From Nitrospinaceae bacterium (GTDB taxonomy: Bacteria > Nitrospinota > Nitrospinia > Nitrospinales > VA-1), in the NCBI GenBank assembly GCA_046754465.1, contig JBHHVU010000041.1, forward strand, positions 1 to 28,431: 28,431 nucleotides of DNA, written 5' to 3'. The number at the start of each line of letters is the position of its first letter. Position 1 is the stretch's first letter. The notes beneath the pieces are model-generated. The model did not search any database, was not told the origin of the DNA, and worked only from the letters and a program-made list of their open reading frames with translations. The translations under genes were made by a program, and so were the position numbers. This document shows positions 1 to 9,799 of the stretch, in pieces.

Positions 1-231
1 GCCCGTTTGGCCGCCGAAACGTTGAAAGACTTTTTTAAGTCGAAGCGACTTTACCTGAAATTGACGGTTTTGGGCAAATTATGCAAATATTTCCCGCCTC
101 TGCGCTGGTATTTGAAGTTATATGGGTCTTTGCGGAATGTAAAAAAGTCTTTCAAGAAACGCAATCGTTTCCCGGAATATCAGCAGTATGTGAAATATTT
201 GGATGTCCAGGCATTTTCGGAAGATTCATAG
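1..231 (+). CDS. 3' end of a CDS that begins upstream of the window (function not assignable)
   Basis: Frame 1 is open from base 1 to TAG at 229-231; no diagnostic motif in the fragment. Confidence 0.6.
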   Translation, partial: ARLAAETLKDFFKSKRLYLKLTVLGKLCKYFPPLRWYLKLYGSLRNVKKSFKKRNRFPEYQQYVKYLDVQAFSEDS

Positions 232-390
232 TAAAACTCGTTGAAATACATTCCCTTGCCCAGTTAATGCCCGTCAAGAAAACTGCAAGAGACGTTTGAT
301 CCTGGTTTTGAGTTTTCGGAAATTATCCCAGAGTTCCATGTTGACATCGCGGTATGAAATTCTTTGACCTGCCTGAAATCTTTTAGGCAC

Positions 391-534
391 ATGGAGACAG
401 GGGCCTGGTTGGGACCGAAGATTACCAGCGATAGCGGGTTGCGGGTTTACCGTGAACTGGACGAAGTTTTTGGTTTGACGGCTGTACCCGAAGAAATGCT
501 TGATGAAACCTGTTCCTCCTCGGGTGTGGATTGA
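391..534 (+). pseudogene. IS1380-family transposase N-terminal remnant
   Basis: Translates as GPKITSDSGLRVYRELDEVFGLT, resembling the IS1380 N-terminal motif (G.KITSDAGLL.YRELD..LGLT); stops at TGA 532-534. Confidence 0.7.
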
Positions 535-552
535 AATGGATGGGTACAACTC

Positions 553-1653
553 ATGATCTGTGTGATTTGCGGAAAACAAACAAAATTATTTTTCCAAAGC
601 GAAAAGGATCTTTGCATCAGCTCTGATTCCAAGATTCGAAACGAAGGAATTCGAATTTACCAATGTATATCCTGTCACCATATACAAAAGCTAGTGGATG
701 AAAAATATAGAAGTGAGGTCATAAATCTCTATAATGACTACGAAATTTATGCCATCACCGGCGGTGAGGAACAGGTGAAGTTTCAAAAAGGCCAGTCCCC
801 TCAAACCCGATCTTCGATGATTATTGATCACATCAAGGATGCACTACCCCCTTCCGGAAAACTGCTCGATATAGGATGCGGCAACGGTGCTTTCTTAAAA
901 GCATTTAGCGCCAAACTCCAAAACTGGGATATTTATGCCCAGGATATACATGACGACTGTAAAGAAGAAATCTTGAAAATCAGAAATGTTAAAGACTTTT
1001 TTGCAGGACCCCTTTCTGGAATCGACGCCAAATTTGATTTTATAAGTCTCATACACTCCTTTGAACACGTAGAACACCCGATTCAAATCCTAAAGGACAT
1101 CAAAACATTACTCAAAAAGGACGGATTGTTATTAATTCAAGTCCCCAATATCAGCGAGAATGTCTTCGATGGGCTGATCTATGATCATATCTCCCACTTC
1201 ACACCCTCAGCGCTTGCGAGGGTGGTGGGAACCGTTTTCCACCATATATTTTTTCCAACCCAACAAATAAAAAAGGAGATCACCCTTTTAGCAAACTCGC
1301 AGAAAATATTCCCAAACACCCCGCAAAAAAAAGTGGAGTGGGTGTATTCTTCATCAACCAACTTGGAAAACCTCAACAAATTAACCCGGGATGTCGAAAA
1401 TATAATTAAACCTACAGGAGTTTTCGGAACCGCAAACCTGGGCGTGTATATCGGGTATTTGCTAGATGATTTTCTCGCTTTTTTCGTGGATGAGGATGAA
1501 AACCGGAAAGGCAAATCCTTGTTGGGTAAAAAGGTATATCATCCCAGGGATGTGGTGCATGGCACGGACGTCCTATTACCCTTTGACCCCAAACAGGCCT
1601 CTGAAATTCGGGAACGATGGAAACATTTAAATTACATCACCATTTCAATTTAG
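553..1653 (+). CDS. SAM-dependent methyltransferase, NDP-sugar C-methyltransferase-like
   Basis: N-terminal CxxC...CxxC Zn motif, LLDIGCGNG SAM motif, HSFEHV, YDHISHF, C-terminal VFGT...FFVDEDENRKGK domain. Confidence 0.75.
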   Translation: MICVICGKQTKLFFQSEKDLCISSDSKIRNEGIRIYQCISCHHIQKLVDEKYRSEVINLYNDYEIYAITGGEEQVKFQKGQSPQTRSSMIIDHIKDALPPSGKLLDIGCGNGAFLKAFSAKLQNWDIYAQDIHDDCKEEILKIRNVKDFFAGPLSGIDAKFDFISLIHSFEHVEHPIQILKDIKTLLKKDGLLLIQVPNISENVFDGLIYDHISHFTPSALARVVGTVFHHIFFPTQQIKKEITLLANSQKIFPNTPQKKVEWVYSSSTNLENLNKLTRDVENIIKPTGVFGTANLGVYIGYLLDDFLAFFVDEDENRKGKSLLGKKVYHPRDVVHGTDVLLPFDPKQASEIRERWKHLNYITISI

Positions 1654-1737
1654 GCGGAAAGTTTTTTCTTGTGGAAATAAGGTAAAATGCAACAATATGC
1701 ACATCAATCTATTTTCTGAGTTGAATTGAGGCAGGGA

Positions 1738-2568
1738 ATGACAGTTTCCAGCAAACGAGTTGACATTAATCATAAACTTTCAAATTTTGGACAGAGCGGG
1801 TACGTCCTTCATTCTCTAGAAAACAAACAAAGCATTCTAGACTTGAGGACTAGTTTTGACAATGAACTCAAAAAACTGATCAGTCAGGAAGCCACGTTGG
1901 AAACTTATCACCAGTTCGTCGGGGGTGACGATGAAAAACACATAAAATTCCAATATGAACTGAGCCAGATATTCTGGGAAGGTCAGTGGCACTTGGAGAT
2001 CTTCAAAAAGAACAGGCCATTTTTTGAAGAATTGGCCGGTCCGGATTTGGATGTTCAGGTAAAACCTCATTTCCGTCTGGCCAGACCTGATAAACCTCAA
2101 GACAATATTGGGTTCCACCGGGACATTGAATATGGAAGCACTGCATACGAAATTTCTTGTTTCTTCGCATTGACCGATATCGTTCCGGAAGGCGCACTCC
2201 AGCTTGTGCCACGGTCCCACACCCTATCAAACGTTAAGCTCACCTCAGTCAACAACGATGAGGTGGAAAAAGGTTCTATCAAACATGAATTGGGTGTGCC
2301 TTATCTCTTCCAAGTCATCACCGACGACAGCTTTAGATCCAAACTTATCCCTGTTCCAATGAAAGTGGGGGATGTATTGTGTTTCAATTTGGCCGTGATT
2401 CATGGTCAAGAAATAAACAAGAGTCAGAATACCCGGTGGACTATTGACGCAAGGATCAAAAACAGTTTTATAACAAGCGGAACCCGAGACGGTTATTATA
2501 AAAATTTGTTCCAAAGCCCCGCGGCTCACGCCGGATTGAATCATTATCAAAAAAACCCAAAGCCTTGA
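1738..2568 (+). CDS. PhyH-family Fe(II)/2-oxoglutarate dioxygenase
   Basis: HxD (FHRD), GALQLVPRSH, distal His (IHGQ), NxSxxxRW; ATG at 1738 after a purine-rich RBS. Confidence 0.8.
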   Translation: MTVSSKRVDINHKLSNFGQSGYVLHSLENKQSILDLRTSFDNELKKLISQEATLETYHQFVGGDDEKHIKFQYELSQIFWEGQWHLEIFKKNRPFFEELAGPDLDVQVKPHFRLARPDKPQDNIGFHRDIEYGSTAYEISCFFALTDIVPEGALQLVPRSHTLSNVKLTSVNNDEVEKGSIKHELGVPYLFQVITDDSFRSKLIPVPMKVGDVLCFNLAVIHGQEINKSQNTRWTIDARIKNSFITSGTRDGYYKNLFQSPAAHAGLNHYQKNPKP

Positions 2569-2842
2569 CCCCCATAATCCGGCACAAAATTTCTGAAATT
2601 TGTTTGGGAGAATGGGATCGCCTTAGTTTCCACAACAATCATCTTGTGAAACTGTAGGGACCTGTGGTAAGCGCTGGCAGGAATCCTGCTTCACCAACTG
2701 GTTGTCGGCCCAAGACTGCTCAAAATGATTTGAATAGTCGGCATTTCAGAACCCGCAAAAAACAAACGTCACATGTGAATCCACGGCGTCTTGAACGTTA
2801 TGGCTTTTCCAGGTCTTAATGATTTGGCCGTATCCCAAATTG

Positions 2843-3028
2843 TCATCGAAAGAGTTGCAGTTCCCTTTCTTCCAGCATCGGGTCGCAATCCGGAAGCTTG
2901 AGAATCAGACGCTCCGCATGCCTCAAAATCCGCTGGAAGTAAACGTGATAGGCTCAGGGCTCAACTGTCTGAAAACGATGTCCAGGTTTAACCTTCAGTA
3001 CCGTGAAAAAACCTTCCCCTTGATTCAC
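2843..3028 (-). pseudogene. Probable degraded transposase C-terminal fragment (IS1380-like)
   Basis: Minus frame reads VNQGEGFFTVLK...*...RILRHAERLILKLPDCDP, like the IS1380 C-terminal R.VRHARRL.L.LP; internal stop at 2954-2956. Confidence 0.4.
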
Positions 3029-3337
3029 ATGCCGGGGGGAGGGGGACCCACTGATTCAAACAATAAAGACAGCTTTACCAGGTTCGCAAATACCCTTTTT
3101 GGGCTTGGTTATCCAGGACAACCACAAATTAATAATAATCTTTTGTTCAGGTTTTGAATGCTATAAAATACGGCGGAGACCCCAGCAGTGCGTTTATGAA
3201 CTCCGGCAGAGCCAAATTGAATAGGTCCCATTCGATTGATTTTAACAGGAAAATCCTCACGGCCGGCAGGCAGCCATGGGATTTATCCCGATGCGAATAT
3301 TTTGGGCGTTTTTATAAGCCTTTAGTTTTAATATAAA

Positions 3338-4282
3338 ATGAATATTTTAGTTACTGGGGGCTGTGGTTATAAAGGAACCGTGCTTGTGCCCAAGCTTTTG
3401 GCTCGCGGGTACCGGGTGGTCGTGGCGGACGCGATGTGGTTTGATAATTTTCTCGAACCTCACAAGAATTTAAAGGTCCTCAAGGCGGATATTCGGAATA
3501 TTGACAGCATACCGCTCGCGGGTATGGATGTCATTATTCATCTGGCATCCGTGGCGAATGACCCCTGCGGGGATCTGGACCCAAAACTTACGTGGGAGAT
3601 TGGCGCCCTGGGCACCATGCAGCTGGCCGACAAGGCAGTGAGAAATGGCGTTCAACAGTTCATTTATGCCTCTTCCGGCAGCGTATACGGAATCAAGGAA
3701 GAAGACCGTGTTACGGAGGATCTTGAACTCAAGCCCCTCTCGGAATACAACAAGACCAAAATGGTGGCGGAACGGGTGCTGTTGAGTTACAGCGATCAAA
3801 TGATTGTGCAGATTGTCCGGCCAGCCACCGTTTGCGGGTATTCACCGCGCATGCGGCTGGACGTGTCGGTAAATATGCTGACGATGCAGGCCCTGTCTAA
3901 TGGATTGATCACTGTTTTTGGCGGGTGTCAGACCCGTCCCAATATCCATATCGAGGACATTACGGATATCTATCTGCACATGATCGATCATAAGGATTCC
4001 ATCCGGGGCATCTATAATGCCGGGTTCGAAAACATTTCCATCATGGAGATTGCCAAGAAGGTGGCCCAACAGGTTTCCTCCCAAATAAGCGTTACCGAAT
4101 CGAATGATCCGCGTTCATACCGTGTTAATTCAGACAAACTGCTGGCCACCGGTTTTACCCCCAAAAAAACGGTGGAGGATGCGATTCGGGAAATTCGCGA
4201 ATGCTACAATCGGGGAATGCTCAGGAACGAGGAGCGTTTTTATAATCTGAAATGGATGCAAATCTCCGTGGTTAAGCAATAA
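3338..4282 (+). CDS. NAD-dependent epimerase/dehydratase (extended SDR)
   Basis: ILVTGGCGYKG, ASSGSVYG, YNKTK (YxxxK), RPNIHIED. Confidence 0.9.
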   Translation: MNILVTGGCGYKGTVLVPKLLARGYRVVVADAMWFDNFLEPHKNLKVLKADIRNIDSIPLAGMDVIIHLASVANDPCGDLDPKLTWEIGALGTMQLADKAVRNGVQQFIYASSGSVYGIKEEDRVTEDLELKPLSEYNKTKMVAERVLLSYSDQMIVQIVRPATVCGYSPRMRLDVSVNMLTMQALSNGLITVFGGCQTRPNIHIEDITDIYLHMIDHKDSIRGIYNAGFENISIMEIAKKVAQQVSSQISVTESNDPRSYRVNSDKLLATGFTPKKTVEDAIREIRECYNRGMLRNEERFYNLKWMQISVVKQ

Positions 4283-4317
4283 TTTTTCTCACCAACTTCA
4301 TAACCACCTGATACCCG

Positions 4318-5304
4318 ATGCCAGAAAAAATCGTTGTTATTGGGAGCAACTCCTTTTCCGGGGCCAGTTTCATGTCCTTCGCTCAGGAAAAGGGTTTCGA
4401 AGTGATCGGGATCAGCCGTTCCCCACTGCCCGATCCGGTTTTCTTGCCCCGCGGATTTTCCGGAAAACAGATGGAATTTCACCAGCTGGACCTCAATCAT
4501 GACCTCGATAGGATCATGTCGGTCATCGATTCGAAGAAGCCGGAATATGTCGTAAATTTCGCGGCCCAGGGCATGGTCGCTCAAAGCTGGGAGCATCCGG
4601 ACCACTGGTTCATGACCAACGTGGTTTCCACCGTCCGGCTTCATGACCGGCTCAGGCATTGTGGATTTTTGAAAAAATATGTGCATGTTTCAACACCCGA
4701 GGTTTATGGCAGCAGCGAAGGATATATCCAGGAAAGTACTTCCTATCACCCCAGCACTCCCTATGCCGTATCTCGGGCGGCGGCGGATATGAGCCTGCAT
4801 ACTTTCTTCGCATCTTATAGGTTTCCCGTTGTTTTCACCCGGGCGGCCAACGTCTATGGACCGGGTCAGCAATTGTATCGGATCATTCCCCGAACGATTC
4901 TTTTCATCAAGATGAAGAAAAAACTTCCATTGCATGGCGGGGGGACATCCGAACGCTCTTTCATTCACATGCAGGATGTTTCGGACGCCACGTTGCGTAT
5001 CATGCGGCAAGCTTTGCCCGGAGAAATTTTTCATATTGCCACAAAAAATTCCATCAGCATTCGCAATCTGGTGGAGTTGATCTGCGGCCTGATGAATGTT
5101 CGTTTTGAAGATCACGTGGAGGTGGCCGGCGAGCGGCTGGGTAAGGACTCGGCCTATTTGCTCGACAGCACAAAAGTGAGAAAAACCTTTGGCTGGCAGG
5201 ACAATATGTCGCTGCGGGAAGGAGTCCTCACGGTCCGCGATTGGGTCGAAAAAAACTTCGATGTTTTGAAACAACAGCCGATCGATTATATTCATAAGCC
5301 ATGA
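4318..5304 (+). CDS. NDP-sugar 4,6-dehydratase-like extended SDR
   Basis: GSNSFSG nucleotide loop, NFAAQ, STPEVYG, PSTPYAVSR, NVYGPGQ, RSFIH. Confidence 0.85.
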   Translation: MPEKIVVIGSNSFSGASFMSFAQEKGFEVIGISRSPLPDPVFLPRGFSGKQMEFHQLDLNHDLDRIMSVIDSKKPEYVVNFAAQGMVAQSWEHPDHWFMTNVVSTVRLHDRLRHCGFLKKYVHVSTPEVYGSSEGYIQESTSYHPSTPYAVSRAAADMSLHTFFASYRFPVVFTRAANVYGPGQQLYRIIPRTILFIKMKKKLPLHGGGTSERSFIHMQDVSDATLRIMRQALPGEIFHIATKNSISIRNLVELICGLMNVRFEDHVEVAGERLGKDSAYLLDSTKVRKTFGWQDNMSLREGVLTVRDWVEKNFDVLKQQPIDYIHKP

Positions 5305-5438
5305 TCCGGGGGTGACCCACCAGGCCTGGCTTGCCTTTGGACTTTAAAGGACTCCATGATTGCACTGCTTTTGGCTTTGGACCGGAAGTGTTGCAAACTG
5401 GATTCCCTGTCACAAACTTTAATTCCGGGGAACCTTGG

Positions 5439-6020
5439 GTGCGCGAATTTACAAGAAATTTCTTTGATAGACTTGCGGGAGCTCTGAAGTCCGTTAGTGT
5501 TTCAGACGGTGAAGGCAGGTGCGTGGATATTTTCGAGGGTCTTGAAAAAGTGGCCCGTGTCATCATTTCACAAAGTCACGCCGGCAACAAATTGATGTTT
5601 ATCGGCAACGGGGCCAGTGCCGCGATATCGAGCCATATGGCTACGGATTACTGGAAGAACGGAGGCATCCGGTCCGTGGCTTTTAACGACATTTCTCTTT
5701 TGACTTGCATCAGCAATGATCATGGCTACAAACATGTTTTTGAAAAGCCCATAGAAATGTTCGCCGATGCCGGCGATATATTGATGGCGATCAGCAGCTC
5801 GGGCCAATCCGAAAATATACTTCGCGCTGTCCGGGCCGCCCGGTCTGCCGGGTGCCAGGTGATCACTTTCTCGGGGTTTGCGAAGGATAATCCTTTAAGC
5901 TCCATGGGCGACTATAATTTTTATGTGGCTTCCCCCTCTTACGGCCCCGTGGAAATTATTCACCTTTCCCTTTGTCATTGCATCTGCGATGCGATCATCC
6001 GGGAAAAATCAAGGGCCTGA
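5439..6020 (+). CDS. gmhA: SIS-domain phosphoheptose isomerase, GmhA-like
   Basis: IGNGASAAISSHMATD, TCISND, AISSSGQSENI, FSG, VEIIH; GTG start at 5439 after GGGGA (start uncertain). Confidence 0.8.
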   Translation: MREFTRNFFDRLAGALKSVSVSDGEGRCVDIFEGLEKVARVIISQSHAGNKLMFIGNGASAAISSHMATDYWKNGGIRSVAFNDISLLTCISNDHGYKHVFEKPIEMFADAGDILMAISSSGQSENILRAVRAARSAGCQVITFSGFAKDNPLSSMGDYNFYVASPSYGPVEIIHLSLCHCICDAIIREKSRA

Positions 6021-6030
6021 GAGTAGAAAC

Positions 6031-7038
6031 ATGCTGGGTAAAGAGCTGTCGAACGCATTATTTTATGACATGTTGCGTATCCGCCTGGTGGAAGAAGGAA
6101 TCGCGGATCTGTATCCCGAGCAGGAGATGCGCTGTCCCGTCCATTTATGCATTGGTCAGGAGGCCATTCCCGTCGGTGTGTGCTCCAATCTTCTAAAAGA
6201 GGATATCGTAATGGGCTCTCACCGGTCCCATGGTCATTACTTGGCCAAGGGCGGCGATCTCAAGGCCATGATGGCGGAGATTTATGGAAAAGCGACGGGC
6301 TGTTCCAAGGGCAAGGGGGGATCCATGCACCTGATCGATCTCTCGGTCAATTTCCTGGGCACCACCCCTATCGTGGCCAGCATCATCCCTATTGCCGTGG
6401 GGACGGCCTTCGCCACATCCATGAAAAATGAAAACCGGGTGACGGCCATCTTCCTTGGGCGGGCGGCCACCGAGGAAGGCGTATTTGCGGAATGTTTGAA
6501 CTTCGCTTCCCTTAAAAAACTTCCGATCGTTTTTATTTCGGAAGACAATTTTTTCTCCGTTTATTCTCCTCTTTCAGAACGGCAGCCCGAGGAAAGGGAC
6601 AATGTGGCAATCGCTAAAGCCTACGGCATTCCCGGCGCCAGAGGGGATGGAAATAATGTCCAGACGGTGCGTGAACTGGCACAAACGGCTGTGCAACATG
6701 CGAGGGACCGTCAAGGTCCTTATTTCCTGGAGTTCCAAACCTATCGGTGGCGCGAGCATTGTGGTCCCTGCTTCGACAACGACCTGGGTTACCGGTCGGA
6801 AGGCGAATACCAAAAATGGAAAAAAAGGTGTCCTGTGGAAAATTATAAAAATTTCCTGATCCAGGCGAATCTTCTCGAAAAGAGCCAGGTGGATCAAATG
6901 CGGGAGACGATCCGCCGGGAATTTGAAGAGGCCGTCGCCTTCGCGAAATCGAGTCCGTTCCCCGATGCGGATGCAATGAACAGGGATCTTTATAAAGAAA
7001 TAGAATTGAAATCCCATTTGAATACAACGACCTCATGA
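6031..7038 (+). CDS. TPP-dependent dehydrogenase E1 alpha-subunit homologue
   Basis: HLCIGQEA, SHRSHGHYLAKG, GKGGSMH, DGNNV, TYRWREH; TPP motif reads GRA-X26-DN. Confidence 0.9.
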   Translation: MLGKELSNALFYDMLRIRLVEEGIADLYPEQEMRCPVHLCIGQEAIPVGVCSNLLKEDIVMGSHRSHGHYLAKGGDLKAMMAEIYGKATGCSKGKGGSMHLIDLSVNFLGTTPIVASIIPIAVGTAFATSMKNENRVTAIFLGRAATEEGVFAECLNFASLKKLPIVFISEDNFFSVYSPLSERQPEERDNVAIAKAYGIPGARGDGNNVQTVRELAQTAVQHARDRQGPYFLEFQTYRWREHCGPCFDNDLGYRSEGEYQKWKKRCPVENYKNFLIQANLLEKSQVDQMRETIRREFEEAVAFAKSSPFPDADAMNRDLYKEIELKSHLNTTTS

Positions 7039-8096
7039 CCAGAAAAATCACATTTGCCGAGGCGGTCCGTGAGGGAACCGACCAGTGTTTAAAGCGGGAT
7101 TCCTCGGTCTATGTCATGGGTCTTGGAGTTCCCGACCCTAAGGGAATTTTTGGAACCACGGTGGGGTTGAGGGAAAAGTATGGCGAGAAACGGGTTATGG
7201 ATATGCCTGTTTCAGAAAATGGCATGACGGGGGTGGCCATTGGATCCGCTTTGATGGGGATGCGTCCGATCATGACTCACCAGCGAATCGATTTCATGCT
7301 GCTTTCGCTGGATCAAATCATAAATAACGCCGCCAAATGGTACTACATGTTTGGCGGGCAAATGAGCGTTCCCGTGGTGATTCGCCTGTTGATCGGCCAG
7401 GGTTGGGGGCAGGGTCCTCAGCATTCTCAATGCCTGCAGGCCCTGTTTGCCCACATACCCGGACTCAAGGTAGTTATGCCCTTTTCACCTTATGACGCCA
7501 AGGGCCTGTTGACTGCCTCCGTTGAAGATGATAATCCCGTTATTTTTATAGAGCATCGTTGGCTCCATAATTTATTCGGCGTGGTCCCCGAAGAATCTTA
7601 TCGTATTCCGATCGGCAAGGCGCGAATTGCCAGGGAGGGCCGGGATATCACCATCGTTTCGGCTTCCCATATGACTCTTGAAGCGCTGAAAGCCGCGGAT
7701 TGTCTTAAAAGGGATCATATTGAGGCCGAGGTGATCGATCTTAGATCCCTGAAACCTCTGGACGAGGAAACCATTATTGAATCGGTCGAGAAAACCGGAC
7801 GTTTGATGGTGGTGGATGGGGCTTGGCGTTTCCTGGGCCTTGCGGCGGAAATCGTATCCACGGTCGTGGAAAAGGCCTTCACGGCTTTAAAGCAGCCTCC
7901 CTGCCGGGTAACCTTTCCGGATGTTCCCACTCCAACAAGCTGGGCACTGGCCAATCGATTTTACCCAAGGGCCATGGATATTGTGAGCAAGGCTGAAGAG
8001 CTCTTTGGCCCTCTCAATAAAAGCAAGGAAGAATCGGACCTTTCCAAAACGGTCCATTTGGATGTGCCCGACAAATCTTTCACAGGGCCCTTTTAG
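7035..8096 (+). CDS. TPP-dependent dehydrogenase E1 beta-subunit homologue
   Basis: DMPVSENG, GPQHSQ, PGLKVV, IDLRSLKPLD; ATGA overlap with the alpha gene. Confidence 0.9.
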   Translation: MTRKITFAEAVREGTDQCLKRDSSVYVMGLGVPDPKGIFGTTVGLREKYGEKRVMDMPVSENGMTGVAIGSALMGMRPIMTHQRIDFMLLSLDQIINNAAKWYYMFGGQMSVPVVIRLLIGQGWGQGPQHSQCLQALFAHIPGLKVVMPFSPYDAKGLLTASVEDDNPVIFIEHRWLHNLFGVVPEESYRIPIGKARIAREGRDITIVSASHMTLEALKAADCLKRDHIEAEVIDLRSLKPLDEETIIESVEKTGRLMVVDGAWRFLGLAAEIVSTVVEKAFTALKQPPCRVTFPDVPTPTSWALANRFYPRAMDIVSKAEELFGPLNKSKEESDLSKTVHLDVPDKSFTGPF

Positions 8097-8143
8097 GGCG
8101 AAAAGGATTATTCATTCGGTTCCAATGAAATCAAAAAATTAAA

Positions 8144-9673
8144 ATGCCGACAACCCCTGAAAAAATATTGAGTCTTGAAAAACTCGCTTGCAAGGCGGAA
8201 GAAATGCGAAAGTTGGGTAGACGCGTCATTTTATGCCACGGCACTTTTGATCTTTTGCATATCGGTCACATCCGCCATTTGCAGAATGCCCGTAAGGAAG
8301 GAGATGTGCTTTTTACCACGATTACGGGTGATCGTTTTGTCAATAAAGGTCCGGAACGGCCCGTTTTCCCGGAGCATTTGCGCTCCGAGAACCTGGCCGC
8401 CCTGGCCTGCGTGGATTTTGTGGCCATCAATCAGGCCCCGACAGCGGTCAATGTCATCTCCATGATCAGGCCTCATGCCTATGTAAAGGGTAAGGACTAC
8501 AAAAATACCGGGGATGATTTGACCGGGAATATTATCCGTGAAAAGGAAGCCGTCGAACAATATGGCGGGGAACTGATTTTTACGGAGGACATCACCTTCA
8601 GCTCTTCCAACCTGCTGAACGAGAATTTTGGAATCTTTCCTCCAGAGACGAAAGTTTACCTTAAAAATTTTCGACAGCGGTACAAGGACAGCAACCTGAT
8701 CCAAATGCTGAAGACGCTGAGCCGGTTGAGGGTCATTGTCGTGGGCGACGCCATTATAGATGAATACCACTATACCACCCTCCTGGGTCAATCAGGGAAA
8801 GGCGCCCATCAATCCGTCCAATACAATTCCAGGGAGCAATTCGCGGGAGGGGCGTTGGCTGTGGCGAATCATCTTTCGGGGTTCGTGGAGAGTGTGACCT
8901 TGTTGACCGGACTGGGAACAGGTGACAATCATGAAAGTTTTATTCGCTCAAAATTGAATCAAAATATCACCCCCCATTTTCATTATTTTGAAGACGCCCC
9001 CACGATTGTCAAGCGCCGGTTTGTGGATGACGACCTGAACAAATTGTTCGAAGTCTATATTTATAATGAGCAACCGACTATCAAGAAATTGGATCGGGAA
9101 ATTTGTTCCTGGCTGGAAAAAAACACGCGGGATTTTGACATCGTGTTCGTCCCGGATTTTGGAAACGGATTCATCTCTCCAGGCATGATAAAAACGATGT
9201 GTGAAAAAGCGCGTTTTCTTGTCGTCAACACCCAAGTCAACAGCGGAAATCGGGGGTACCATGTCATCAACCGGTACCCCCGGGCCGATTTCGTTTCTTT
9301 AAACGGTCCGGAATTAAGAATGGCGACTCACAACCGATATGACCCTCTGGAAGGATTGGCGGAGACGGTCGCCGAAAAATTAAACACCCCATTTTTCGCG
9401 GCGACCCTGGGCAGCAAGGGCGCCTTCCTCCTGGATAGAAAAGAGGATGCGATCCACAAGATACCCGTTTTGTCAACGAAGGTGCTGGACCGGGTGGGAG
9501 CGGGAGACGCTTTTTTATCGTTGACCGGATTATGTCTGGGGGGTGGATTGCCCTCGGACATGGGGCTTTTCGTAGGAAGCGCTGCTGCCGCCCTGGATGT
9601 TCAAATCGTCTGCAACCGGGAGCCTGTCGCTCCGACCGACCTGTATAAATATATAACCACTCTTCTAAAGTAG
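8144..9673 (+). CDS. Bifunctional nucleotidyltransferase (N-term) / PfkB sugar kinase (C-term), HldE-like with reversed domain order
   Basis: GTFDLLHIGH (HIGH), VNKGPERP, KGKDY; C-terminal VVGDAIIDEY, AGGALAVANHL, DRVGAGDAF. Confidence 0.85.
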   Translation: MPTTPEKILSLEKLACKAEEMRKLGRRVILCHGTFDLLHIGHIRHLQNARKEGDVLFTTITGDRFVNKGPERPVFPEHLRSENLAALACVDFVAINQAPTAVNVISMIRPHAYVKGKDYKNTGDDLTGNIIREKEAVEQYGGELIFTEDITFSSSNLLNENFGIFPPETKVYLKNFRQRYKDSNLIQMLKTLSRLRVIVVGDAIIDEYHYTTLLGQSGKGAHQSVQYNSREQFAGGALAVANHLSGFVESVTLLTGLGTGDNHESFIRSKLNQNITPHFHYFEDAPTIVKRRFVDDDLNKLFEVYIYNEQPTIKKLDREICSWLEKNTRDFDIVFVPDFGNGFISPGMIKTMCEKARFLVVNTQVNSGNRGYHVINRYPRADFVSLNGPELRMATHNRYDPLEGLAETVAEKLNTPFFAATLGSKGAFLLDRKEDAIHKIPVLSTKVLDRVGAGDAFLSLTGLCLGGGLPSDMGLFVGSAAAALDVQIVCNREPVAPTDLYKYITTLLK

Positions 9674-9799
9674 ATTATGCAAATATAAACTCTTGTTTAA
9701 TTTGGCTCCGTGTTTGGCATATGAATTTTTAAATCTATTAATACGATTTTTATTTTGATAGGGTTGAAAGATCCATTTTATTTCAACATTCTCTAAATC

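Noticed and set aside
2819..3336. ORFs 2819-3157 and 3154-3336 as real genes
   Set aside because: No motifs or clear RBS; the region is better explained as IS debris
6031..8096. Housekeeping pdhA/pdhB or acoA/acoB
   Set aside because: No E2/E3 genes nearby and the pair is embedded in a sugar-nucleotide cluster, so gene symbols were withheld
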